Assembly: GCF_000150275.1 (NCBI RefSeq) | Contig: NW_002061047.1 | Location: 1 to 14,993, forward strand | DNA from: Trichoplax adhaerens | Lineage: Eukaryota; Animalia; Placozoa | DNA: 14,993 bases | Direction of reading: 5' to 3' | In this document: positions 1 to 10,000 of the stretch, in pieces | Layout: each line of letters opens with the position of its first letter | Position numbering within the stretch: the stretch's first letter is position 1 | Translations under genes and position numbers: made by a program | The notes under the pieces: generated by a model | Told to the model about the DNA's origin: nothing | The model's database searches: none | What the model saw: only the letters and a program-made list of their open reading frames with translations

Positions 1-359
1 ATTATAGCATTTCTAACCAAAAGGCAAAGCTAAATTCAGTTTACAATTACTGTTTGATAACAATGACCTTCCCAAATGAGTAACACATAAACTTAGAGGA
101 GAATTTACAATTGGGCAATTTATAATCTAATATTACACCCTATCTGACCGCCAACCGTAACTATAGCAACACAAGTTATTAATATTAAATTCATACGCGG
201 AACAGGAGGCAGTATTCCAATCATTATATACGCTCTTGGCTAATAATTTTTCATAGTATGATCTCTCTAGTACCGTAAATATTGCCTTTACAATATAGCA
301 ATCTGTAAACATCGATATACCCACTAAATACGTTTTTGTTACCATCTATAAAAAAATGT

Positions 360-455
360 TTAGTTGCCAAACGCTTTAGAAATCCTGTCGGGTTGCAAAT
401 CAGTGCTTAAGCTGATTTTCATAAACTTACTGCTGGAATATTTGGTTCTTACAGC
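360..455 (-). CDS. CCNB: Cyclin B last coding exon
   Basis: CATAG acceptor, then [34 protein letters not shown]. This matches the cyclin B AVxxKYxxxKF terminus. Confidence 0.9.
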   Translation of the reverse strand, partial: AVRTKYSSSKFMKISLSTDLQPDRISKAFGN

Positions 456-3183
456 CTATGAGTTAAAGCAGAACTAGCGATTAATAAGTGTCTTTTGTCT
501 AGAAGTATATTAGATAGACATTAAGCTGTGATGTAAGCGATAAAGTGCAGGAAGAAATTTTTAGTAGTATTAACCTGATATTTGGATGTAGCTGATTTAG
601 ATACTATATTAACAATTTTTCGAGCAATTGGATATAGCTTTTCTTCTGTATAACCACTGTAGTGTTGTAAAGTTGCGTTCCATTCGAATTGATTACAAAT
701 TTTAACAGCTAGTAAAAGAGATGCACTGGCAATTTCTGAGGGTAAAAGAGAGACCATATCGTATTCTGGTAAGCATAATTCCATGAAATACTTCGCCATG
801 GTGTGGTGTTGGCTATCGACCTAAAGGAATTGTAAATATATCGTATACTGTATAAGTGCTATGGAACAATATGAGCACATAAGCTATAATTTTATAATTA
901 TCAAATAAGTTCATTAGAAAAATTTNNNNNNNNNNNNNNNNNNNNNNNNNNNNNNNNNNNNNNNNNNNNNNNNNNNNNNNNNNNNNNNNNNNNNNNNNNN
1001 NNNNNNNNNNNNNNNNNNNNNNNNNNNNNNNNNNNNNNNNNNNNNNNNNNNNNNNNNNNNNNNNNNNNNNNNNNNNNNNNNNNNNNNNNNNNNNNNNNNN
1101 NNNNNNNNNNNNNNNNNNNNNNNNNNNNNNNNNNNNNNNNNNNNNNNNNNNNNNNNNNNNNNNNNNNNNNNNNNNNNNNNNNNNNNNNNNNNNNNNNNNN
1201 NNNNNNNNNNNNNNNNNNNNNNNNNNNNNNNNNNNNNNNNNNNNNNNNNNNNNNNNNNNNNNNNNNNNNNNNNNNNNNNNNNNNNNTAATGAAATTTGCT
1301 TGTATGCCACAAATACACAAGGTAATTATATACAAACAAAACTCGATTATTAAAGCCTAAAGCTCTAATCAACTTACCTGTAAAAAGCGGTCAATAATAT
1401 TGACGGTCAAGTAGAGAGTCTCTTGTAGGAGGTGAAATCTTAAGTGAACTTGAATTAACCAATCAATTAGTATAGTTCTCATTTTTTCATTAATTTGCTG
1501 TCCAGCCAAAAATTTATCATTAATGCGATATGTTATCTGTAAGTTAGAAAAATTAAGATCATTAAAAGTTGACACTCTCTAGGTAGAGATTAAAAGACAC
1601 GAATAGTCCTGCTTCTATGTGAGTATGATAATATGATATTATACCTTTATAAAGTGTATGTATAGATGAATAAAGAAAGAAGATATTTGTAGAGTTACTA
1701 GGTATTTATATTAATATACGATGTTAATGATTACACATTGATTTATATATACTACACTATTAGTTTAAAATTTTAATATAGTAAATAAATTTAATTATAA
1801 CTCAAACTTGTATTTTTACAAAATTTTATATGAATTAGTGGTTGAAGAAATTTATCATGTTAAGGCTTTACAAATAATTTAACGTTTAAATTCTTCATTT
1901 TTACAGTTTGTTTGCTAGTGTTAGGTTATACTAAAGAGCGTGCTAAATCATACAGTAGTTATGAAACTTGACAGATACCAATAAGTGTGTGGTTGTCTGA
2001 TTAAATTGACTACGCTAGCATAAGAGAAGATAGTTAATAGCTAAAGTAACATAATTTTATATTTTAACGAGTGGCTGATATTTTCTGCCTCATGTGATGA
2101 TAAATTTCATTTATATATTCCGCAACTAGTTGCGGGTTATCAAAGTCGGCTCGATCGATATCTTCAATATCATCTTGGACTTCTTCCGTTAGTACAGGAG
2201 TTGGATCTTTCACACTTTCGGTAGTTTTTGTAAATAGGGCTAAATGTGCGTTTGCAACATTTCGAGAAAGTGTAGACTTTGATGTTTGCGTAGGTCCTTT
2301 TGTACTTGCCTATCATTTTAAAATAGATTTTTAATTATAGTGCTACTTCAAGGCTAGAATATTTGACTTTTGTACAAAGGTTCTCCGTTTATGATTGACT
2401 AACTACTGCCTTGATTTTGCTATTAGAATTGTTTAGGTAGAGCTTGGCATCCGATCATTACACGGCTAAAGTACATTTCTGTCTATATCGGTAACGTAAT
2501 GAGTATGCAGAATGTAGCTAGCTAGTGTCGTATTTAATTGATGGCCTATCGTCACAAGACGACACTAAAAACTATTTTCAGTTCAATGAAAGATATTTAC
2601 GTTAAAAATAAGATTTAAAGAATCGTTATGCTAATGATATTGCGCATGTATATTTTTAATTTTGAAAATTTTTTGAAATTGATTGCATTAGCGTAATCGT
2701 TATAGATGGAACGGAAAGAACTAATGTTTTTATTTATTTTAATATACTGTACCTTTTTACCCTTGCCAACAGGATCTTTATTTTCTTTATTTCCAATATC
2801 TCCTAAAGCAGCACGATTGGAGTCTCGTTGAAATGCCTTGGCAGCCAAGATATTACCGTGGGTAGTATTTTCATTGATACCCCTGGTTCCACGTCTACCT
2901 TGCTGTATTCAATTATTGAATTGGAATGTTGTTATATGTAAGTGTACTTCAATAGATATGTTATGCGATAAAATAGATTGATGTCTACTTGTGAATAGTA
3001 TTGGCTATAAATTATATTGATTGAACGACTGAAATAGTAAAAATTGATTGATAGTCCATGTGGAAAAGGACGACAACAAGAATGGTATTGCAATGGGGAA
3101 ATGGAAACATTCCATAAGTAGTACATTAGCTCAGTAGATCATCTTGTAAGACTTACCACACCACTAGTATAGCGTAGGGCCAT
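360..3183 (-). CDS. CCNB: G2/mitotic cyclin B (B1/B2-type), spliced gene span; visible exons 3183-3157, 2902-2753, 2309-~2085, 1536-1378, [gap], 820-575, 455-360
   Basis: Manual translation gives an N-terminus MALR, a D-box RAALGDIGN, the motif [21 protein letters not shown], the cyclin box [35 protein letters not shown], and C-terminal [15 protein letters not shown] and [11 protein letters not shown]. Visible exons are bounded by AG/GT in phase 0, except the exon 3 donor. Confidence 0.95.
575..820 (-). CDS. CCNB: Cyclin B penultimate exon, C-terminal cyclin fold
   Basis: TTCCTTTAG acceptor, 246 nt encoding [33 protein letters not shown]...[11 protein letters not shown]...SKYQ, GTTAAT donor. 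Confidence 0.92.
926..1285. other. Assembly gap (360 N), expected to hide the cyclin box exon(s) with the KLQLVG/SKYEE motifs
   Basis: N run; the conserved central cyclin motifs are absent from the flanking sequence. Confidence 0.9.
1378..1536 (-). CDS. CCNB: Cyclin B exon 4, N-terminal part of the cyclin box
   Basis: Acceptor TTTTTCTAACTTACAG, 159 nt encoding [59 protein letters not shown] donor. Confidence 0.95.
2085..2309 (-). CDS. CCNB: Cyclin B exon 3 (3' boundary unresolved)
   Basis: TAG acceptor, then ASTKGPTQ...[29 protein letters not shown], which is the conserved pre-cyclin-box segment. No in-phase canonical donor was found. Confidence 0.85.
2753..2902 (-). CDS. CCNB: Cyclin B exon 2 containing the destruction box
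   Basis: TACAG acceptor, 150 nt encoding [56 protein letters not shown] donor. Confidence 0.9.
3157..3183 (-). CDS. CCNB: Cyclin B exon 1 (MALRYTSGV)
   Basis: ATG at 3183, 9 codons, then a GTAAGT donor (3156-3151). Joins exon 2 in frame. MALR is a typical cyclin B start. Confidence 0.8.
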
Positions 3184-3266
3184 GTTATTTTTTCTTGAAA
3201 AAATGGAGAGAGAATCTAAATCGTACAAACAACATTACCAGACGCCATTAGAAAAAATAATGGCCA

Positions 3267-3379
3267 TTCAAATCGAGTGGCTTGTATCCTGCATTCGTCA
3301 ATAAATCAGTAGACTACATATCAACAATCTCAAATAGGAAAAATTTCCCTATTTCAATCTTACATTGAAGTGATCCAAT
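3267..3379 (-). promoter_or_regulatory. Putative cyclin B proximal promoter: CHR (TTTGAA, 3272-3267) and a CCAAT box (3375-3379)
   Basis: The motifs lie about 85 and 190 nt upstream of the ATG. CHR and CCAAT boxes are hallmarks of vertebrate cyclin B promoters, but short motifs can occur by chance. Confidence 0.45.
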
Positions 3380-3799
3380 ATCAAGTTGCTGTGAATATTT
3401 TGGGGTGGCCAAAGAGGGAGAGAAAATCCAGCGGGTGAAACTTTGCTTCGACTTGCAACACTGGAACGTAATGTGACTCTACGTTCCTTTTAACTTGAAG
3501 CGTTGGTCNCAATATAAATAGTCAAGTGTCAACCAGATAGTATGCAGAATATGAAGGCAGACATGAATCTATCCTACTTTGGGTGTGATTTCTAACTTCC
3601 AGCCAGTCAGTAAAGTTTGTATGGACTGCAGGAGTCATTTCAGTATATAGATTGGTCGAGTTGGAGATGAATGGATGACTGCACTCACTCTGGTATCATT
3701 GGAGGTGTACAATTGAAAAGTTGACGTTTTTTTTAAATTCGGCGACGCATCCTTGGCTGGCATTTGATTGGCTAGTTTGTCTCAGTGTCGTAACCGACC

Positions 3800-4440
3800 A
3801 CCAGTACGGTACAGTACAGTACAAGTTGAAAAGTACTGTAGCAGTACAGTACAGTACAGTACTGTACTGTACTGCATTTGTTGGACGGTAAAATGCGCTG
3901 TAATACTGTAGCGAATTTACTGTTACACGATACAAACTTGTCATTATAACGCGTTGTAAGTGTGAACGGCATACAGTACGTCTATGTACACAGTACTGTA
4001 TAGAGAACATAGACAATAAAGAGAGAATAGGACTTAGTGATAGTTTTAAAATAACTTCAACTATGTGTACAATCTCTTGTCTCCCATACTAATTGAGAGT
4101 AGTAAGAACCTTCAATACAGTTGTTAGTATTAATTCTACAGAGTAATATAATACACTGTGTAATCAATCAAAATTCCCCCTTGCATAAAGGCTGTCACCC
4201 ACGCGCTAGAAAGACAAGACAAACCCTTATTCCCTCTCTACGACAAGGGTGACAATTTGGATACACGTACACAATAAATGGACAGTATAGTACAGTACAG
4301 TACCGTCCAAANNNNNNNNNNNNNNNNNNNNNNNNNNNNNNNNNNNNNNNNNNNNNNNNNNGTATACTGTAGTGCAGTACAGTACCGTCCATAAAATGTT
4401 GTCAACACTGTACACTGTACAGCAAGTACTGTACTGTAGG
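3800..4440. repeat. (CAGTA)n/(TACTG)n pentanucleotide-rich repeat patch in both orientations
   Basis: Arrays at about 3802-3874, 3972-4000, 4283-4309 and 4362-4438. Perfect 28-bp palindrome at 3847-3874. Direct repeat CAGTACAGTACCGTCCA at 4293 and 4375. Confidence 0.8.
4312..4361. other. Assembly gap (50 N)
   Basis: N run inside the repeat patch. Confidence 0.99.
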
Positions 4441-4870
4441 TCTGTTTACTAACTTACTGCTAACTAATTGAAATGAATTAATTAAATTAAGCAGAAATTT
4501 ACAACAGATAAAAAGTTTCAACGTGATATTACTTTATTTAGAAAATATTAGTCAATTCAAACTCGATCGTCTACTTGCTAAAGTACGGAAATTTTCTCAA
4601 ATGTCAATGTTTTGAATAATACCGTACAGAGTTACAGGCAGTAATGTCAATGCTGTCTGTCTGATTATCAAAATCATGGACAGTTGAAGCAATTCTCCTC
4701 CTTCAGTATTGCCATAACGAAGAGAGTCATCAGTCTACGTACAGTAGGTCTTCTTCGTCTACAGTAATCCATGACTATAGTCAATTCATTAAGGTTAAGG
4801 TAGTCCTTGGTCAAGACCTTCGATCATGATTAGTGGTGCATACTGTCCGCGTTCATAGAATTACTATATG

Positions 4871-5036
4871 ACCGTTCGTAGACGGTTTAACGGTGCTTTT
4901 TATTCAAATAAACGGTCTGCCCTTCGTCCACAATGTGGGACCTTGAATTCCATGTAGAACAGTAGCTCTAGCAGGCTATTTCGTTTGATTGAATTTGAAT
5001 ACGGTCTACTGTATGTTTCTGTGTTGTTCATTCAAA
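4871..5036. promoter_or_regulatory. Cluster of MYB-like (AACGG) and CHR (TTTGAA) motifs; candidate G2/M regulatory module
   Basis: Five ACGGT/ACCGT, three TTTGAA/TTCAAA and one CTTGAA within about 170 bp. Confidence 0.4.
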
Positions 5037-5294
5037 CTGTCAGGGTTAAATGCCCATAGTCTTTGACTGTGGAAATTTTCACGTACCATCGCTGCAGTCC
5101 TAATTCTGTTAATGTATATAGATTCCGCTGTGTTGTTTGTTGCAATGAACAGTATTTACTGTTAATAACTATAAAGCGAAAGAAAAACCACTTCACAGGA
5201 TCTTATAATTAATCAAGTATTCTCCGTAATAAAAGATCAGAAAGTTGGTATATTATTAAGCAACAGAATACAGTAGATCATCTCAGTGTGTGTT

Positions 5295-5344
5295 NNNNNN
5301 NNNNNNNNNNNNNNNNNNNNNNNNNNNNNNNNNNNNNNNNNNNN
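5295..5344. other. Assembly gap (50 N)
   Basis: N run. Confidence 0.99.
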
Positions 5345-5497
5345 CTTATTCGCCTTTTTTCGGTTAATGAATAAGCTAAACAACCAACTAATCATAATGC
5401 TTACTAAGCTAGCTGTGTCTACATAAAATCTGCAAACAAGAACTATCGTATACTATTCAATATCCAGACTGTAGACCGATCCCAATCTATTTTACAG

Positions 5498-5662
5498 TCC
5501 AGTGTATAACACCCGTCAATTAGTGCAACTGCACAGCCAGCTCCAGCTTATTGTAAATACGCGTATAGCTGATCTTACGATACTAGAAATCATTCAGATC
5601 TCATCAATTACCCACATAAAAGTGAAATTTCTTCGAAAGAATGTACTTTCGACCTACTATAG
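5498..5662 (+). other. Candidate isolated exon (165 nt, phase 2-2), product unknown
   Basis: TATTTTACAG acceptor, AG/GTAAGT donor, and one stop-free frame (PVYNTRQLVQ...VLSTYY). No recognisable homology. Confidence 0.2.
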
Positions 5663-8323
5663 GTAAGTATACTTGATCATCTATTAATAGCGATAGCTCT
5701 AGCTATTAGAGTAAGCTATCCAATTCCTAAATATCAAATGATGGTTAGTGCAAAAATGCTACTGTAAAAATAGTGCGGTAAATAGAATGCTAAACATAGC
5801 AAGAGGAGAATTATCGGTCGAAAATGCCGTATTATAAAATAAGTGAGTGGGTCATAGTAATTATGGTACTACTGTCATGGAATAGTAATCAGTCACATCT
5901 GAAAATTTCTTTTTCCATCGTTTGTAAAATATATCTTATTCGTTTGAACAGCATTTTAAATTTAAATTCAACAAAACTGAATTTTATATCTTTTAACCTA
6001 CCTATCCGTCCATTACTTTTAAAATATTACAAGCTATAACACTAATTTAAACGTTTGAACGTAATAATTTAGACCTGATTCTAAAAATATTACAATATCA
6101 CTACGGTACGGTAATTAACAGCAAAGGCTAATCAATGATTAACAATATTTCGAGTGCAAAGAAAATTGAGTGGTGTTGGACATTTAAGATTACAAGATCT
6201 AATATCTTTTCGATTAGACTACCAGGTTAATAACTATTTATGCTGTTCTACGTATGCTGGCAGTAAATACTAACAAATGAAGTAGGTTTATTAATCCAGC
6301 ATCACACCGCCTTTCACTTTGCTACACTCTTTCAGCTAGATCGGCGACAAACCCATATGATATGTGTGTTGCCTGGACAACCTTTCTAATATAAAAGTAG
6401 TAGATAGTTACACGACAGTCACTGACTTCCATAATTAGCTAAAATAATATAATGGACTAGTGATAGCTACTAGTATATGAAATGAAGTCATTGGGTTGAT
6501 TCTATTTTCCCCCCAATAGATGGATAATCTAAGCAAGACTAAGCGAAATTTTAATAAGTTTACATAGCATCTTCTTCCGTATGCTATAAAAAAATTTGAA
6601 GGAAGTTGTTGTTATTCTCGTTGGTTCCTTACTATTGTTTCGATATGATTGTCTAAATTATTGCATCTTTTATGAAGTTTGCAGAGGAAAGTCATGTATT
6701 ATTTTGCTCATTTGTACTTATTTAAAATTTGAAGGTTGTTTTTCTCCTCTTCCATACTTTACCATTGCTTTTCAATTTAACACAGGTTATCGTCAAAGTA
6801 TATATAATAATAACATACATATTCGCCAGCTAATAATCTTTTGTTAAAATTGGCTAGTAGGAACGAAGTTTTTTGTATGCGTATGATCAATCCAATAAAA
6901 TCACCCGAGTGAATGAATATTATAGAAATCGTTCTAGTTGATTTACATGATAGCGTAGGTAACTCTTGTATTCTAATGCACTATAATGTCTGGAATAAGT
7001 AAGTTATTGTTATAAAAGGGTCTAGTTTTCTACACGCTCTTTTGATACATAACCGCTTACTGCATAGCAATAATTTGAAAATTGTAAGCCAAATTGCGTT
7101 CTACATAATCATCTATCCGTTCTGTAGTACTTTAAATTTATTTCACGAAACTGTGGCCAAAGGCTCTTCTCCCCTATACTAATTGGTGAACATGATTAAT
7201 ATACTATATTTTACACATGGACAGGCACTTCATAGTGATCTGCTTAATATTATGCAGTAATTCAATCTACTTTATAGTAGAATTTGTCAAACGAAGAAAT
7301 TATCTTATATAGCTTTAGTAAACAATAACAAATTCTTTTGTTTCATAGTTTAATTATATTTTTTGCATACAATCTAATAGCAGGTTAGAAGTGTAGATGC
7401 TAGATAGATATTACAATAAAATTTAATTAAAATCTCCATTAATCAAATATTTTTCGTTTATTAAAGTGAGTGCTGCACCTTTCTTCAGAATTTGGATGTA
7501 ATATTTGATTAGATGTCTTAATAGCAGAGCTAGATTACTATAACAAGAACTAAAAACGTCTGCTTAAATTAACTTACCATGAAATCTAAGCCGCCTATAT
7601 TAGACTTTAATAACTTTGCAGGATAAGCTAATTTGCATAAGAAACTTTGCTTAATACTATACGTCGGCTTTTATTGTACCTACTTACCTACCATTTAAAT
7701 AAAATTGTTGTCAGATACATAAAGTAATTACGCTTTTTTCCATAATTTATTCACTGTGAACTATAAAGTAGATCTCTGCGAATACAAAAAACAGTGTAGT
7801 ATACCTTATTACTTTAGCTTTCAGCTAAAAAGCACAACATTTAATATAATTTTTTCAACACCTCTTACAATAGCATCGAGTTTCAGTTGCCACTGTTATT
7901 ATTTATCATAATTATTGAAATTAAAAAAAATTCTGGCCGTGCATAAAAGTTTCAATCTGTTACATCATCTTTAAGTTTGATCTATTAACACTGTATTGGT
8001 CTGGATTTAATATAAACTACAGTGAGAACTTGCGCGTTTGTGAATAGTGTAAAATACTGATAGTGAGATTCGTTGGAGCTTGCTATTAATTTAATAATCT
8101 AACAACAATACATACGATTAAGGTATAAATCTTTTCATATAATTTATTTTCATTGATTTTGGGATAAGTCTATAATATGCGTTCATACCGCCTGTTGGCT
8201 AGACATAATACGTCCTCAGCACCTACCGAAACAATAACGTAAGTTCTGAGAATTCTCATACATTTAAAGTGATAGCATTTATAATATACTTAATAAATAT
8301 TAAGAATTAATATTAAGTATTAA

Positions 8324-8795
8324 GCTAAGTGAAATTTTAATTAGTTTGTATCTACTTTCGCTTGTTCTTAAATTTTTCAGGGAATTTCTGTCAGTCATAT
8401 AGGATTCTGGTACGTTACTTTTATTTCGAAGCAATAATTATCTATATTATATTGTATCATACATAACGTTTGTTTATTAAGTCAGATATAAAGAGCGCAG
8501 CGCCATAGCTATATTTTAATAACTCTAAAAGGAAATCGAATGTATTTTTACTCATTAGCATCTATCATATTCTACTTGAATTTAAAGGTTGTCTTCCCTG
8601 TCTATCCTATTATATCATTGTTTATTATTGTAACTAACGGCTTAAGTTAAAATCTTTAAACAATAATATTTTATTAAAATAGATCGATCAGAACAATTAC
8701 CTTGATTACTTTCGTACACATAGTGGCTAATTGAATGAGATGATTGCGGTAAATAGTTAATAGATATATAAGTGCAATCTCACTTGCGTATATCG
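8324..8795 (+). repeat. 472-bp near-identical copy of 12727-13202
   Basis: Direct alignment shows roughly 10 substitutions and one 4-bp indel (about 97% identity by eye). Confidence 0.97.
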
Positions 8796-8968
8796 CTATT
8801 TAGAAAATACACCACGGTTAATAACCCTACAATTTCTAGAACAAAAGTAAGTTGTGGGATTCACCGTGATTTTACAGCAGTAACAATAAAGATATGCTTA
8901 GTAATATAATAGACACAAAAATGTTGTATTATACTGTACAGTATTCAATGTGAATCTCATGACGATTG

Positions 8969-9059
8969 TATAAATTGTGACCACTTCGACTGTGTTATCC
9001 AAATCAGCAAGTACAATTTCAGAAATTGGCAACAGTTGCAAGCTGGCTGTCACGTAAGT
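8969..9059 (+). promoter_or_regulatory. Core promoter of secreted-protein gene 1: TATA box, Inr-like CCAAATCAGCA, and a 5'UTR intron donor GTAAGT at 9054
   Basis: All three elements are conserved in the paralog (14506, ~14529, 14583). Confidence 0.6.
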
Positions 9060-9201
9060 ATGCGTAAATATGTACCTTATGGATCTGATATCAATATGCC
9101 AGCTATAACTTTTTATATTGACGATTTTTTGACACGATAATAAGTTTGTTACAAATGTAATATTTCTTATATCGGTATATAGTATATAGGTATATTAAGT
9201 C

Positions 9202-9357
9202 ATGAAATTTCAACTTGCCATTCTTGGTCTCTTTTGCTTTCTGGCTATTGCCAGCACAGCAGAAGTTGATCAATTGAATTATGAAACATTTCAAGGATTT
9301 AAAGGTGAACTGGAGAACGATGCATTAGATGGCAATGATAAAGAAGAAGCTAATCAG
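9202..9357 (+). CDS. Secreted protein gene 1, coding exon 1: signal peptide and start of the acidic region
   Basis: MKFQLAILGLFCFLAIASTA-EVDQLNYETFQGFKGELENDALDGNDKEEANQ has a classic n/h/c signal peptide. CAG/GT donor. Conserved in the paralog. Confidence 0.9.
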
Positions 9358-9462
9358 GTGGAGTAGAATAATTTAATCGACTGCATTAAGTTACACAGAT
9401 GTTAATATTTTTATAGTAAAGCAAATGAAAGTAATATACAATATTAATTCGAAATTAAATAG

Positions 9463-9675
9463 GATCAGCCAGTACATCGAGAAGATTCATTAGAAGCAGG
9501 CGAAGTAGAAGACGAAACAAGTAAGACTGAGGAAGCCGATCCTCAAAATGATTTTGATGAAGTCACTGCTGTAACTCCTATCAATAATGAAGGATCCGAA
9601 ATAAACGAAAGTAAAGATAAAAACGAACTTACTGATTTAACTGATGATAAAGAAAATGATACAGAGGAAAGTGAG
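9463..9675 (+). CDS. Secreted protein gene 1, exon 2: Asp/Glu-rich region
   Basis: TAG acceptor, 71 stop-free codons with 27 D/E (DQPVHREDSLEAGEVEDE...DTEESE), GAG/GTACG donor, phase 0. Confidence 0.88.
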
Positions 9676-10000
9676 GTACGATGATGTGCTGGTTTATTAT
9701 CATAAGTGATTATTTAAATTGGTTATGTACAATTAATAAATACGCTACCTTTTGATTAGAGTTTTCCCATTTTAAGGCAATGAATGAAATTTCAATACTT
9801 ACTATACTGTCTAAATAAACTTAATTGCGGTATACTATACATGTTAATATTACAATATACTGTATTGACATCCTGTTTAGCTGCTTTAATCTACCCGTAT
9901 ATTTGCATTTGTTAATTTCAATATCCTGAAACAGTTCAATCCGGAAGGTAAATGTTAATTTGAAAATAAATTATATTTACGAGCGTATATTGTTCATTAG

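Larger units (their letters stand above)
6050..9425 (+). repeat. Tandem duplication unit 1 (portion alignable by eye to 12260-14975)
   Basis: Collinear diverged matches include TTGAACGTA (~6055/~12261), TTGCTACA.TCTTTCAG (~6319/~12498), CTTCCATAATT (~6427/~12607), AATTTGAAAA.TGTA (7072/13210), AACGAAGAAATTATC (~7290/~13405), AGAATTTGGAT (~7487/~13579) and TAGACATAAT (~8200/~14374). The TATA box, exon 1 and the intron 1 start also align. Confidence 0.88.

Noticed and set aside
348-354. CPE (UUUUUAU) just after the cyclin B stop codon
   Set aside because: Plausible for cyclin B but expected by chance in AT-rich DNA. I saw no nearby AAUAAA or canonical Pumilio element in the visible 3'UTR.
813-1372. 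ORFs spanning the N gap
   Set aside because: Artefacts of translating Ns.
3696-4415. YCTVL/STVQY-type ORFs
   Set aside because: Translations of the (TACTG)n microsatellite.
6596-6847. 83-aa ORF (similarly the ORFs at 133, 2932, 5824, 9103 and 13179)
   Set aside because: No coding signature. Where a duplicated homolog exists the alignment is indel-rich. The 9103 ORF is antisense to gene 1 exon 1 and the 133 ORF lies in the cyclin 3'UTR.
8324-8795. The 472-bp repeat as a MITE or Helentron (weak GCTAAGTGAAATT / AATCTCACTTGC inverted ends)
   Set aside because: The inverted match is short and imperfect, no target site duplication is visible, and homology of the donor copy to unit 1 runs through both boundaries. 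A segmental copy is the simpler explanation.
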